Of a stretch of DNA of 64,000 nucleotides, positions 30,679 to 40,788 are shown piece by piece; within the stretch, counting starts at the first letter, position 1; the number at the start of each line of letters is the position of its first letter. Source of the stretch: an uncultured delta proteobacterium (lineage in GTDB: Bacteria > Desulfobacterota > Binatia > JACPRU01); the NCBI GenBank assembly GCA_963745025.1, contig CAVUWD010000002.1, positions 128,001 through 192,000 of the forward strand, written 5' to 3'. Made by a program: the position numbers and the translations under genes. The notes under the pieces were generated by a model. It was given only the letters and a program-made list of their open reading frames with translations, did not search any database and was not told where the DNA came from.

Positions 30679-31458
30679 TCAAGCTTTCCGCGCGAGGACG
30701 TTTACTCCATGGACGCCGAACTTCCGTGCGACATTCTCCTTTGAGGTCCCACAGAAGCAATCAAACCGGTCGGTAATCTTCGCCTCCGAAAACCCGACCG
30801 CAGTAAGTAGCGAGAGGAGCTCTGCCTCCGGCAGAGCACCGGCAATTCACGCGGTCCACAAGTCGATGTCGCGGCGCGCCTCATCTGAAACCGCGCTCTC
30901 AAGCGCAATGTCCGCCAGGAACAGCTGCCCTGCGGGCTTGAGCACACGATACATCTCGCGCGCTGCGGTTTCCTTCTCTGGGACCAGGTTGAGGACGCCG
31001 TTCGAGATCACCACGTCAACACTCTCGCTCTCGATGGGTAGCGCAACGGCATCGCCACTCCGCACCTCAACGTTATCGAGACCGGCCGCGCAGGCCCCGC
31101 TGCGCGCTTGGGCGGCCATCGCCTCGGTCATCTCGATCCCAATGGCCCGCCCGCTCGGACCGATGGCGCGGGCCGCAAGCAGCAAGTCCAGGCCGGCACC
31201 ACACCCGACATCAACGACCGTCATCCCGGTCTGCAGCGGCGCGACACGAAGCGGATTGCCGATGCCACTAAACGGGGCGGTCACCTCTGCAGGGAGCGTC
31301 GCGAGCGCCGCGGCGCTGTAGCCCAGTACGGCGACGGCGTACTCCGGGCCGCGGTGAAAATGGAACGTTCCCTGAGGTTCCGTCACCACGCGCGTGTACA
31401 TGGTGTGGATCGCCTCCCGCAGGCGTTGCCTATCCACATCACACGGTAGCGCGATCAT
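30679..31458 (-). CDS. ArsM-like SAM methyltransferase, predicted selenoprotein (UGA at 30847-30849 = Sec)
   Basis: VDVGCGAGLD, DVVISNGV; LWTA-TGA-IAGAL aligns with the ArsM LW.GCIAGAL motif; frame stays open 55 codons to TGA at 30679; hairpin right after the UGA. Confidence 0.85.
30816..30840 (-). other. Putative bacterial SECIS hairpin
   Basis: GCUCUGCC-GGA-GGCAGAGC perfect 8-bp stem; G-led loop starts 17 nt after the UGA. Confidence 0.75.
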
Positions 31459-31591
31459 TTGAGGCCCTGTTCCGGCGGACTTTAATGTAGCACTCCAGCG
31501 ACTTCACGATACCATGGCCCGTTACGGGTGGATGTGGCGTTGAACCTGATCCAACCATTCGGTAGGGAATGCGCCTTGAAGGAGGGCACGA

Positions 31592-32395
31592 ATGAAGTCC
31601 ATTACGGATGTCGGCCTGCAAGACGTTACCGCCGTCTACAGTGGAGCAGAAGGAGACCTGTGGGAACTCCTGATGGGTCACCAGATTCACATCGGTGGCT
31701 TCAAGTCTTCGATGGACCTGGCGGAGCGAGCCGGTATTGGCGCAGGGCTCCGCGGCGTCGACCTCTGCTGCTGCAATGGTGCCGGCATGCGATTTCTCGT
31801 GCGCTTCCGTGAGGTCGCCGGCATGACTGGTGTTGACGCGACCGAAACCGTGGTGAACCGCGGGCGTCAACGCTGTCAGGAGGAAGGCCTCGCCGACCGG
31901 ATTCGTTTCGTCCTTGGAGACGTCTGCAACAGCGGGCTGCCGGCGGGCAGCGCCGATTTCGTCTGGGGCGAGGATGCCTGGTGCTATGTGACCGACAAGC
32001 CAAAGCTGATCGCCGAGGCAGCCCGTATCGTCAAAGCGGGCGGAACGATCGCGTTCACTGACTGGGTAGAAGGGCCCGCCGGGTTGTCGGATGCCGAAGC
32101 GGAGCACTTCCTGCGCTTCATGAAATTTGCCAACATTCAGGATATTGACGGCTATGCCGGTTTACTGACCCAGAACGGGTGCAAGGTGCTAGCCGCTGAG
32201 GATACGCAACGGTTCGCAGAGCACGTCGATCTCTACATGAAGATGGTGGACATGCAGCTAACCTACGATGCGCTGCGGATCATTGGCTTCAACATGACGC
32301 TGATGCAAGCGGTGGCTGCGGAGTTCGCCTTCATGAGGGAACTGGCTCACGCTGGCAAGATTGCGCAGGGGCGCTTCATCTCTCGTCGCAACTAG
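31592..32395 (+). CDS. SAM methyltransferase (sarcosine/phosphoethanolamine N-MTase-like)
   Basis: IHIGG, VDLCCCNGAG, DFVWGEDAWCY, IAFTDW. Confidence 0.8.
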   Translation: MKSITDVGLQDVTAVYSGAEGDLWELLMGHQIHIGGFKSSMDLAERAGIGAGLRGVDLCCCNGAGMRFLVRFREVAGMTGVDATETVVNRGRQRCQEEGLADRIRFVLGDVCNSGLPAGSADFVWGEDAWCYVTDKPKLIAEAARIVKAGGTIAFTDWVEGPAGLSDAEAEHFLRFMKFANIQDIDGYAGLLTQNGCKVLAAEDTQRFAEHVDLYMKMVDMQLTYDALRIIGFNMTLMQAVAAEFAFMRELAHAGKIAQGRFISRRN

Positions 32396-32460
32396 GACCA
32401 TCCGGGCCCGCGGCGCCTGCACGGAATGCTTTGCCGGAGACGCGGCGAAATCGCCGTTCC

Positions 32461-33411
32461 ATGAACCGGAATGAGGGAATCGGCAGTGCGCCACCGCCGT
32501 TGCCTCTGTCTGCGAACACGCGGAGGGACACGCTAGCCCCGAGTATCGCGATTCTCGTGTCGACGCTGTTCTGGGGCACACTGTGGATCCCGCTCCGGCA
32601 ACTCGACGCCGCGGGACTCGGCGGGCCCTGGCCGACGACCGCCGGTTTCACCATCCCGTTGCTGGTCCTTTTCCCGGTTGCCCTAATCCGCCGGCGCTCG
32701 ATCATCGCCGGCGGGTGCCCACTCGCGCAGGCCGGCATCCTCATGGCCACGTGCCTCGCGCTGTACGCCGAAGCACTGCTGCGGGGATACGTCGCTCGTG
32801 TGGTGCTGCTCTTCTATCTCACGCCGGTGTGGAGCACCGTGCTCGCGCGTGCGGTTCTGGGCGACCGCATCACGGGTATCCGCATCGTCACGATCGTGTT
32901 GGGGCTTCTGGGGATGTTCATCGTCTTTGGCATCGGGAACGGTCTTCCGATACCACGCACGGTCGCCGAATGGATGGGTCTGCTCTCGGGCTTCCTCTGG
33001 GGAGCGTCAATGGTCAGCATACGGCGCCTTGCCCCGCATGTTTCCGATTTCGACAAGGTCTTCGTCCTGCTCCTGTTTGTGGGCGTGCTTTTCGTGCTGC
33101 TCACCCTCGTGCCCGGAGGGCGCCCGTGGGTGGTTCCCACGGCAGAGATCTTCACGCGCTCCGCGACCTGGCTGCTGCTCTTCGGCCTGATCTGGATGCC
33201 CGTCGTGCTCTGGCTCACGATGTTCGGCAGCAGCCGGCTCGATCCGGGTCGTGTCGCGGTGCTCCTCATGCTGGAGGTGGTGATCGCGCTCGTCTCCGCC
33301 GCAGTGCTCACCAACGAACCATTTGGTCCACGTGAATTCATCGGTGCCGTCTTCATCGTGGCTGCGTGCGGGGCAGAGTTTTTCGTTCGACGTTCGGTCT
33401 CATCGACCTGA
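32461..33411 (+). CDS. DMT/EamA family transporter
   Basis: About 10 TM segments, LFWG, FYLTPVW, LLMLEVV. Confidence 0.85.
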   Translation: MNRNEGIGSAPPPLPLSANTRRDTLAPSIAILVSTLFWGTLWIPLRQLDAAGLGGPWPTTAGFTIPLLVLFPVALIRRRSIIAGGCPLAQAGILMATCLALYAEALLRGYVARVVLLFYLTPVWSTVLARAVLGDRITGIRIVTIVLGLLGMFIVFGIGNGLPIPRTVAEWMGLLSGFLWGASMVSIRRLAPHVSDFDKVFVLLLFVGVLFVLLTLVPGGRPWVVPTAEIFTRSATWLLLFGLIWMPVVLWLTMFGSSRLDPGRVAVLLMLEVVIALVSAAVLTNEPFGPREFIGAVFIVAACGAEFFVRRSVSST

Positions 33412-33605
33412 GGGCGAAGAGCACCGTCGCTTGCTTGCGTCCGCCTTCGACGGCGGAGCGGGAGGAGAGAATCTTCTCCGCGAGATGCTTCGGCGTGTAG
33501 GAGCGCGGGGCGCGAGCGGGCGGCGGGACCTCGCTGCTGGACGATCAGCCGGATGATGGGCCTCGACTCGGGCGATTCTCCTCCGTTGGCCGAAGCGAAC
33601 GGGAG

Positions 33606-34781
33606 TCACTGCACGCGCGTCTCCGTCCCGCCTCCGGGCCGGAGGCGTATCGCGCGGTACGAGCATTCGCCGTGCCCGCGCTGAAACATACTGTTCGCGA
33701 TCAGCCAGACGCGCCGGATCCGCTCCGGCGGCCTTCCGACGTGCGCGAGATAGTCGGCGTACAGATCCCTGTCCTCGTCGATCCAGCGGCCGAGCTCGGC
33801 CGTACCGCTTCGGACCGCGACGTGGTACTCGCGCTTCGCCCACGTCGGCAACGGACACCAGTACCCCGTCCCCACGGCTAGCCCCGCGCTCCAGTAGTAG
33901 GTGAGGTCGATTCCGTTCGAGAACTCGACCGCGATGCTCAGGTAGTCGTGAGTCGGAAGTATGTCTTCGGCGAGCGTCGACGGAAGCGCGTCGACCTTCC
34001 AAGACCAGGCGAGACGGGTTCCTTCGGCGAAGGGCAAGTCGACGTCGTGCTGGAGGATGCCAGCGTCGGAATCGGTCTTGCAGTGGATCGCGGCTTCGTC
34101 GGCCTGCGCGTAGATCTCCGACTCGCCGAGGAACCAGAGATAGTTCCAGCCGTCGGGACGAAGGACGGGATTCGTCAGCCGGTCGATCTCGAGATCGATC
34201 AGCGGGTGCGGCGTCGAGGCCTGGAGGCTGCGAAGGCCGTCGAGCGGGTTTCCGCTCCAGCGCAGAAGAATCGCCGCCATTCCACCGGTGACTCCGCGGT
34301 ACGCATCCGCCGGAGTCGCGAGAGTTCCGGAGGGATCAGCCCATTCCCCCGGGAAGTAACTCGCGAGCCGGAGGCGGCCCGGCTTGTCGGCCCGGAACGT
34401 ATGCGTGGCCCGCGTACCGCGAAAGACCGGTCCATCACCGACTCGCGCCCAGAGCTGAAAATGCGGGCCGATGAAGATGTCGAGAAGCGCCGAGAGATAC
34501 ACCCGCCCGCCTGCCAGCCAGGTGACGAATTCTCCTTCGGCGAGATCGATCCCGGTGTCGTACCAGGGCGGCCGATCGGCGGGCAGCTCGACGAGTTGGT
34601 GAGCCCCGAGAGATCCATTCGCGTCCCGCGTGGCGACGCGGTCGGCGAGCGCCCGGATCTCGGCGACGTCCGTCTCCGGGTTCTTTCCCAGGGGGAGCCG
34701 GCCGCTCAGTCGAAGAAGGGTGACCTGGCCGATTCTCTGAACGGTAACGGCCGCGCGACGAATTTCAGTGAGCAGGTCCAT
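33606..34781 (-). CDS. DUF3047-domain protein
   Basis: LAWSWKVDALPS, HDYLSIAVEF, DLTYYWS, RDLYADY, VWLIANS. Confidence 0.7.
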   Translation of the reverse strand: MDLLTEIRRAAVTVQRIGQVTLLRLSGRLPLGKNPETDVAEIRALADRVATRDANGSLGAHQLVELPADRPPWYDTGIDLAEGEFVTWLAGGRVYLSALLDIFIGPHFQLWARVGDGPVFRGTRATHTFRADKPGRLRLASYFPGEWADPSGTLATPADAYRGVTGGMAAILLRWSGNPLDGLRSLQASTPHPLIDLEIDRLTNPVLRPDGWNYLWFLGESEIYAQADEAAIHCKTDSDAGILQHDVDLPFAEGTRLAWSWKVDALPSTLAEDILPTHDYLSIAVEFSNGIDLTYYWSAGLAVGTGYWCPLPTWAKREYHVAVRSGTAELGRWIDEDRDLYADYLAHVGRPPERIRRVWLIANSMFQRGHGECSYRAIRLRPGGGTETRVQ

Positions 34782-34995
34782 CGTTCGACTCTCCTTGCTT
34801 CCGCTTCTAGGGTCCGCTTCGAGACTCCCCCGTATACCCCAAATGGATCCGCGTCGATTGAATTCGAGGCGCGCTCCCGAAGGTCTTGACGGTGGGCGGA
34901 ACCGCAGAACGCCAGTTCGCGCGCGAGGTGTTCCGGTGCTTCACGAATCGCGGCCTTGAAGGCGCCGGCCGGCTTCGACCGCCCTTGACCTCGAA

Positions 34996-35790
34996 TCACC
35001 GGCGCCCGGCGAATTTCGGCTTGCGCTTCTCGAGGAAGGCGTCGATCGCCTCCCGGTGATCCGTCGTCGTGAAGCAGAGCTTCTCGAGCGCGAGCGAGGT
35101 GTCGAGCACCAGGTTGACGGTCTCGCGCAGGATCTTGTTCACCGACACCTTGGTGCCACGGATCGCCTGGGTGGGCCCGTTGGCGAGGCGATCGGCGAGA
35201 GCCAGCGCCCTGGCGAGCAGCTGATCGGCCGGCACGACGTGATTGACGAGTCCGATGCGGTGCGCCTCCTCGGCGGTGAGAAGATCCCCGGTCATCAGGA
35301 ACTCCTTCGCACGCGCGGCGCCGACCAGCCAGGGCCAGATGATCGCGCCGCCGTCGCCGGCGACGACGCCGATGCGGACGTGCGGGTCGCCGATGCGCGC
35401 GCCTTCGGACGCGAAGATCACATCCGAGAACAGCGCCAGCGTGGCGCCGAGGCCGGTCGCGGGTCCGTTGACCGCGGCGATGATCGGCTGTTCGACCTCG
35501 AGGAAATCGACGATGATCTTCCGGGCTTCGACGAACAAGGCATCGAGCTCCGCGGGCTTCATGTTCTGGAACCATTGCAGATCGCCGCCCGCCGAGAACG
35601 CGCGCCCGTTGCCGGTGAGGACCACGGCCTCGGTCTCGGCGTCCTTCGCGACGTCGGCGAAGATCTCGGAGAGCTCGCGGTGGAGCTCCGCCGTGATCGT
35701 GTTCAGCGCCTCGGGGCGATTGAACGAGAGGACGAGCACCTTGCCGCGGCGCTCCGCGGCGAGATTCCGGTAGCGTTCGTAGCTCATCAT
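34996..35790 (-). CDS. Enoyl-CoA hydratase/isomerase
   Basis: NRPEALN, AFSAGGD, AAVNGPATGLG, DPHVRIG..GDGG, AFLEKRKP. Confidence 0.92.
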   Translation of the reverse strand: MMSYERYRNLAAERRGKVLVLSFNRPEALNTITAELHRELSEIFADVAKDAETEAVVLTGNGRAFSAGGDLQWFQNMKPAELDALFVEARKIIVDFLEVEQPIIAAVNGPATGLGATLALFSDVIFASEGARIGDPHVRIGVVAGDGGAIIWPWLVGAARAKEFLMTGDLLTAEEAHRIGLVNHVVPADQLLARALALADRLANGPTQAIRGTKVSVNKILRETVNLVLDTSLALEKLCFTTTDHREAIDAFLEKRKPKFAGRR

Positions 35791-35824
35791 CGATCTCCCT
35801 CGTGATCTCGGCCGTCCGCGCCGG

Positions 35825-36988
35825 TCATGCGGGGCGAAGGCCGAGGTGCCTGGCGATGACGTTGCGCTGGATCTGCGTCGTGCCGCCGCCGATCGTCAGC
35901 AGCAGGGCGTCGCGCACGTAGCGTTGCACGTCGAGCTCCATCGTGTAGCCGGAGCCGCCGTGGATCTGCAGGCAGCCGAGCGCCGCTTTCTTCGCCGCTT
36001 CGCTCGCCAGCACCTTGGCGATCGCGCCCTCGCGGCTGCAAGGCCGCCCGGCGTCGTAGAGCCAAGCGGCGTGCCAGAGGGCGAGGCGCGCGGCGTGGAT
36101 CTCGGCGTCGAGCTCGGCGAGCAGATGGGCGATCGACTGGAACTCGCCGATCCTCTTGCCGAATTGCTCGCGTTGCTTCGCGTAGGAGAGCGCCTCCTCG
36201 AACGCCGCGGTGGCGACGCCGAGCGAGTTCGCACCGAGCTCGAGATGCTCGACGTCCAAGATCGCCATCAGCTGGCCCCAGCCCGAGCCCGTGGCCGCGG
36301 CCGCGCCGAGCACGTCGTCGGCCCCCGCGCGAACGTCGTCGAAGTGGATCGAGCAGATGCTGGATCCCTTGTAGCCGAGCTTCTCGATGCGCGCGATCGA
36401 GATCCCGGGCTGCTTCGGGTCGACGACCATGAACGAGAACGCGCTGCCGCGCGCGGCCCGTGCGTCGCTGCGGACGAGCACGAGGAGGACGTCGGCCGCA
36501 TCCGCCGAGGTGATGAACGTCTTCTCGCCGCGAACCACGAGCTCTCCGCCCTCACGTGTCGCGGTCGTATGGATCGATGCCAGGTCGGAGCCGGCGCCGG
36601 GCTCGGTGAGCGCCAGCGCGACCACGCACTCGCCGCGCGCGATGCGCGGCAAGAATCGCTCGCGCTGCCGCTCGGATCCGAGCCGGCCGAAAATCTGTCC
36701 ACCGTACGACAGAAACAGCGTCGCCGCGAAGCCGATCGCGCCCGACGCGCGCGCGGCCTCCTCGATCACCAGCAACGCGCCGATCGTCTCGGGACCGCCG
36801 CCTCCGTATCGGGCGTCGATCGTCAGGCCGAGCAAACCGGCCTCGCCGAGCGCCCGCACCACGGCCGCCGGAAACTCGTCGGCCGCGTCGAGCCGGCGTA
36901 CCTCCTCTCTCGGGCACGCCTTGGCGAGAATGCGACGCGCGCTCTCCCGGATCATCGCTTGTTCGTCGGTGAGTTCGAAGTCGATCAT
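35825..36988 (-). CDS. Acyl-CoA dehydrogenase
   Basis: ALTEPGAGSD, GEKTFIT, REQFGKRIGEFQ, QIHGGSGY, GGTTQIQR. Confidence 0.93.
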   Translation of the reverse strand: MIDFELTDEQAMIRESARRILAKACPREEVRRLDAADEFPAAVVRALGEAGLLGLTIDARYGGGGPETIGALLVIEEAARASGAIGFAATLFLSYGGQIFGRLGSERQRERFLPRIARGECVVALALTEPGAGSDLASIHTTATREGGELVVRGEKTFITSADAADVLLVLVRSDARAARGSAFSFMVVDPKQPGISIARIEKLGYKGSSICSIHFDDVRAGADDVLGAAAATGSGWGQLMAILDVEHLELGANSLGVATAAFEEALSYAKQREQFGKRIGEFQSIAHLLAELDAEIHAARLALWHAAWLYDAGRPCSREGAIAKVLASEAAKKAALGCLQIHGGSGYTMELDVQRYVRDALLLTIGGGTTQIQRNVIARHLGLRPA

Positions 36989-37200
36989 GAACGTCACGTC
37001 CCCGTGGACGCGCCGGGCCGCCCGGCTACCTACCGGTCGGCAGGTATCACGGGCCTGCGCGAGTTTCGAGGCCCTTCGGGACCGCAAACCCCGCGAGTAC
37101 TGACCGAGAGCTCGTGCCGGAAGGCGAAGAAGGAATCTGGCAGCGTCTGATGTCGCAGCTCACGGCGACTCCGGCCCCTATGGCGCCGATTTTCCGCCGT

Positions 37201-39264
37201 CTATCGGATGCGAACCACGTCTTCCCGCGTCCGCGTACGGATGTAATTCTGGATCTTGCCGATCTCCGCGTCGCCGATCCATTTGCCGAATCCCGCCATG
37301 CCGGTTCCGGGGCGGCCGTCCTTGACGGTCTGCCCGAATATCTTCTGAACGTCCTCGTTCGAGTGCCGCAGGTCAGGCACCGACGTCCCCGAGATCGCCC
37401 CCGCGCCGTGGCAGACTACGCAGTAGTGATGATAGAGGCGCTCACCCTCGGCGAGCTCCGGGTCCTGCGGTGGAGGCGGGCCGACCTTGGAGGCGAGCGC
37501 GAAGGTGAGCACCTTACCGTTCGGCTCGGTGCCGCCGGCGGTGGCCGCGTTGCCGCCGGCGAGAGCGAACGTGCCGCCCCAGCCGGCGGACACCGAGACG
37601 TACTGCACGCCGTCCACTTCGTAGCTCATCGGCCCGGCGATGATGCCGGTGCCGCTCACGATCTCCCAGAGCTTCTTGCCATGGTCGGCACTGTAGGCGA
37701 CGAAGCGGCCGTCCGAGGTGCCCTGGAACACGAGGTTCCCGGCGCTGGCGAGCGCGCCGCCGTTCCACGCCAGCTGGTAGGGGACACGCCAGGCCTCCTT
37801 TTGTTTCACCGGATCCCAAGCAAGGAGGTGGCCCCTGACGATGGTGCGGTTCAGGCCTTTGAACAGCTCGAGCCGTAGCCCGGTGTTGAAGAAGCCTTCC
37901 TCGATCTTGAAGTTCGGATCGCGTTCGTAGGCGCCCGGCACTTCCTGCGCGGGTATGTAGACGAGTCCGGTCTTCGGGCTGAACGACATCGGCTGCCAGT
38001 TGTGCGCGCCGAAGGCGCTCGGGGCCACGATCGCCATGCCCTTGTCGTAGCGCTGGCCTTCGACCTCCACCGGCCGGCCCGTCTTGAGGTCGACCTTCTT
38101 GGCCCAGGTCACCGTGTCGGCAAACTGCGTCGCGGAAAGGAGCTCGCCGGTCTTGCGATCGAGGACGTAAAAGAAGCCGTTCTTTGGCGCCTGCATCAGG
38201 ACCTTGCGATCCTTGCCGCGGATCTTCAGGTCGGCGAGGATCAGGTGCGACGCGGAGTCGAAGTCCCAGTTGTCTCCGGGGGTCGTCTGGTAATGCCACT
38301 TCTGCTCGCCGGTCACGGCGTCGAGGGCGACGATCGAGGAGAGGTAGAGATTGTCGCCGCCGCCGGGGCTGCGGATGTCGCGGTTCCAGGCCACGCCGTT
38401 GCCGGTCCCGAAGTAGATCGTTTCGAGCTCGGCGTCGTAGACGATCGCGTCCCACACGGTTCCGCCGCCGCCGATCTTGAGCCATTGATCGCCGTTCCAG
38501 GAGGTGAGGGCGTGCTCGAGCGCCTTCGTCTCCTGCGGCTTCGCCCGGTCGCCGGGAACGGTATACGTGCGCCAGAGAAGCTTCCCGTTCTCGGAGTCGT
38601 AGGCCGAGAGGTAACCGCGCACGCCGTATTCACCGCCGCCGTTGCCGATCAGCACCTTGCCGGCGGCAATGCGCGGCGCCCCGGTGATCGTGTAGGGCTT
38701 GCCGGCCTCGGCGGTCTTCACTTCCCAGACGACCTTGCCGGTGGCGGCATCCAGCGCGATCAGCCGCGCGTCGAGCGCGCCGACGTAGACCTTCCCCTTG
38801 TAGACGGCGACTCCCCGGTTTACGACGTCGCAGCAAGCCTTCTGCCCCCACTGCTTGTCGACCTTGGGGTCGTAGCGCCAGATCTCCTTTCCGGTCCTGG
38901 CGTCGACCGCGAACACGACGCTCCACGGTGCGGTCGTGTACATGACGCCGTCGACCACGACCGGCGTAGCCTCGAGGCCGCGGCTCGACTCGGTCGAGAA
39001 GCTCCAGACGAGCCGTAGGTCACTCACGTTGTCGGCGTTGACCTGATCGAGCGGGCTGAAGCGCTGCTCGGTCCACTGGCCGTTGTAGGTGAGCCAGTTT
39101 CCCCGGTCGCCGTCGCGCCCGGCGAGGCGGGCGTCGTCGATCGCGGCGGCGGCTTTGGCGATCGCCCCTGCGTCGAGAGGCGTCCTTTCGTCGGCCAAGG
39201 CGCTGGCGGACAAGAGCGTGGCTGTTGTGAGAGCAGCGAGGATAAGGAGGAGAAGACGGTTCAT
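37201..39264 (-). CDS. PQQ-dependent quinohemoprotein alcohol dehydrogenase (type II, C-terminal cytochrome c)
   Basis: Signal peptide, RFSPLDQVN, vicinal ACCDVVNRG, GNGGGEYG, WDFD, GAHNW, CVVCH heme motif. Confidence 0.93.
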   Translation of the reverse strand: MNRLLLLILAALTTATLLSASALADERTPLDAGAIAKAAAAIDDARLAGRDGDRGNWLTYNGQWTEQRFSPLDQVNADNVSDLRLVWSFSTESSRGLEATPVVVDGVMYTTAPWSVVFAVDARTGKEIWRYDPKVDKQWGQKACCDVVNRGVAVYKGKVYVGALDARLIALDAATGKVVWEVKTAEAGKPYTITGAPRIAAGKVLIGNGGGEYGVRGYLSAYDSENGKLLWRTYTVPGDRAKPQETKALEHALTSWNGDQWLKIGGGGTVWDAIVYDAELETIYFGTGNGVAWNRDIRSPGGGDNLYLSSIVALDAVTGEQKWHYQTTPGDNWDFDSASHLILADLKIRGKDRKVLMQAPKNGFFYVLDRKTGELLSATQFADTVTWAKKVDLKTGRPVEVEGQRYDKGMAIVAPSAFGAHNWQPMSFSPKTGLVYIPAQEVPGAYERDPNFKIEEGFFNTGLRLELFKGLNRTIVRGHLLAWDPVKQKEAWRVPYQLAWNGGALASAGNLVFQGTSDGRFVAYSADHGKKLWEIVSGTGIIAGPMSYEVDGVQYVSVSAGWGGTFALAGGNAATAGGTEPNGKVLTFALASKVGPPPPQDPELAEGERLYHHYCVVCHGAGAISGTSVPDLRHSNEDVQKIFGQTVKDGRPGTGMAGFGKWIGDAEIGKIQNYIRTRTREDVVRIR

Positions 39265-39411
39265 CGGAAGACACCTCCGGGCGTCGTGTAGGGGCGGGGA
39301 GCATGTCGCGTCGGGGGCGCCGGTGTCAATTCTGAAGGGTGGTAGATGCCGGACACCTGCGCCGCCAGCGTCTCGACCAGCGCGCGCTGGATGCGTCCGC
39401 TCCGATCGGCT

Positions 39412-40485
39412 CTACACGAGCCCCTGCTCGCTCAGCTCGCCCTTCACGTAAGCGTAGATGATCGGTGCAACGACCAGGCCTGGAATTCCGAAGAGGCTCT
39501 CCATCAGCAACATCGCAATCAGGAGCTCCCAGGCCCGCGCTTTGATCTGGCCTGCGACGAGGCGTGCGTTGACGAAATACTCGAGCTTGTGAATCACGAC
39601 GAGGAATATGAGGGAACAGATCGCGACCCGTACCGAATGGTTCAGGCTGATCACGACGATGATCGTATTCGTGATCAAGTTCCCGACGATTGGGACCAGG
39701 CCGACCACGAAAGTCGCGAGGATCATGGTCTTGACGAAGGGTAGCCCGATCCCGAACAGCGGTAGCCCGACGGAGAGATACAGACCGGTCAGGAACGTGT
39801 TGCCGGCTGAGATGCGGGTTTGGGCGAAGACGACGTACCGGAATGCATCGCTGAAGCGACGCACTTGCGTAGTCAGCGCGCGCGCGAGCGGTGCCGTGAC
39901 GGCCGGCGACGATTCGCTGCGCAGCGAGACCAGAGCTCCCAACACCATGCCGACCAGCGCGTGCATCAGGGCGGTGCCGGCCTCGCCACCGATCCTCGTG
40001 ATCTCGGTTGCATGCTCTCGGAGCCACTGCGCACTCCACTCCTTCAGGGCATCGGCGTCGCCTTCCGGCGACCAGGCCCGAATCCAGCGTGGTAGCAGCG
40101 CGCGGGAGCTTTCGACGGTCTCGGCCATCTTCTGGAGGAGCGCCGAAAAGCCGCCGCCCTCGCTGCGCATCTCGGAGATGGCTGCAGCGCCGGCGGCGAT
40201 CGTTGCGCCGACCACCAACAACGTGAGCAAGGCGACGGCGACGAGTCGGGCATTGGCGGCGGAGATCCTGCGGCCGACGACGCGAGGCGCGAGGGTATGG
40301 ACGATCTCGAAAATCAACAGACCGGATAGGAGAGTCGGGATCAAGTGAAGCGAGAGCGCTGCTACGATCAACGCTGCCATGATCGCATACGCCGCCCAAT
40401 CGTAGCGGGTCAGGTTGTCGGGCGTGACCCCCGCGCGGCCCTCCATCTGCTCCCGCGCTGCCCGGGAAAGGATCGGGTCATTCAT
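39412..40485 (-). CDS. AI-2E family transporter
   Basis: Multi-TM; AQTRISAGN, GLVPIVGN, HKLEYFVNARLV, FGIPG. Confidence 0.82.
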   Translation of the reverse strand: MNDPILSRAAREQMEGRAGVTPDNLTRYDWAAYAIMAALIVAALSLHLIPTLLSGLLIFEIVHTLAPRVVGRRISAANARLVAVALLTLLVVGATIAAGAAAISEMRSEGGGFSALLQKMAETVESSRALLPRWIRAWSPEGDADALKEWSAQWLREHATEITRIGGEAGTALMHALVGMVLGALVSLRSESSPAVTAPLARALTTQVRRFSDAFRYVVFAQTRISAGNTFLTGLYLSVGLPLFGIGLPFVKTMILATFVVGLVPIVGNLITNTIIVVISLNHSVRVAICSLIFLVVIHKLEYFVNARLVAGQIKARAWELLIAMLLMESLFGIPGLVVAPIIYAYVKGELSEQGLV

Positions 40486-40788
40486 CGATTCGTGGTCCGG
40501 GTTCGCCGCGTCCGCTGCCACCGGCCAGCCGGTGATCTACCGACCTGTCCATCCTGGAGACCGACGCCGAGTATAGATTCTTTGTCAGATTGGATGAAGT
40601 GGCTGGCTACCACACTGGCGAGGTCACGGCTCGTGTGATCAGCGACAGATACTTTTGCCGGTAAAAGTAATTGACGTCGATCAGTCAGTCCGCCGACGTC
40701 GCGGACAACCTGCGCGCAACCCCGCCGAACCACCCCGTATAATGCCACCACACTTGGCGCGTGGTTGCTCGTCCGCTTCGTGGGTTTG

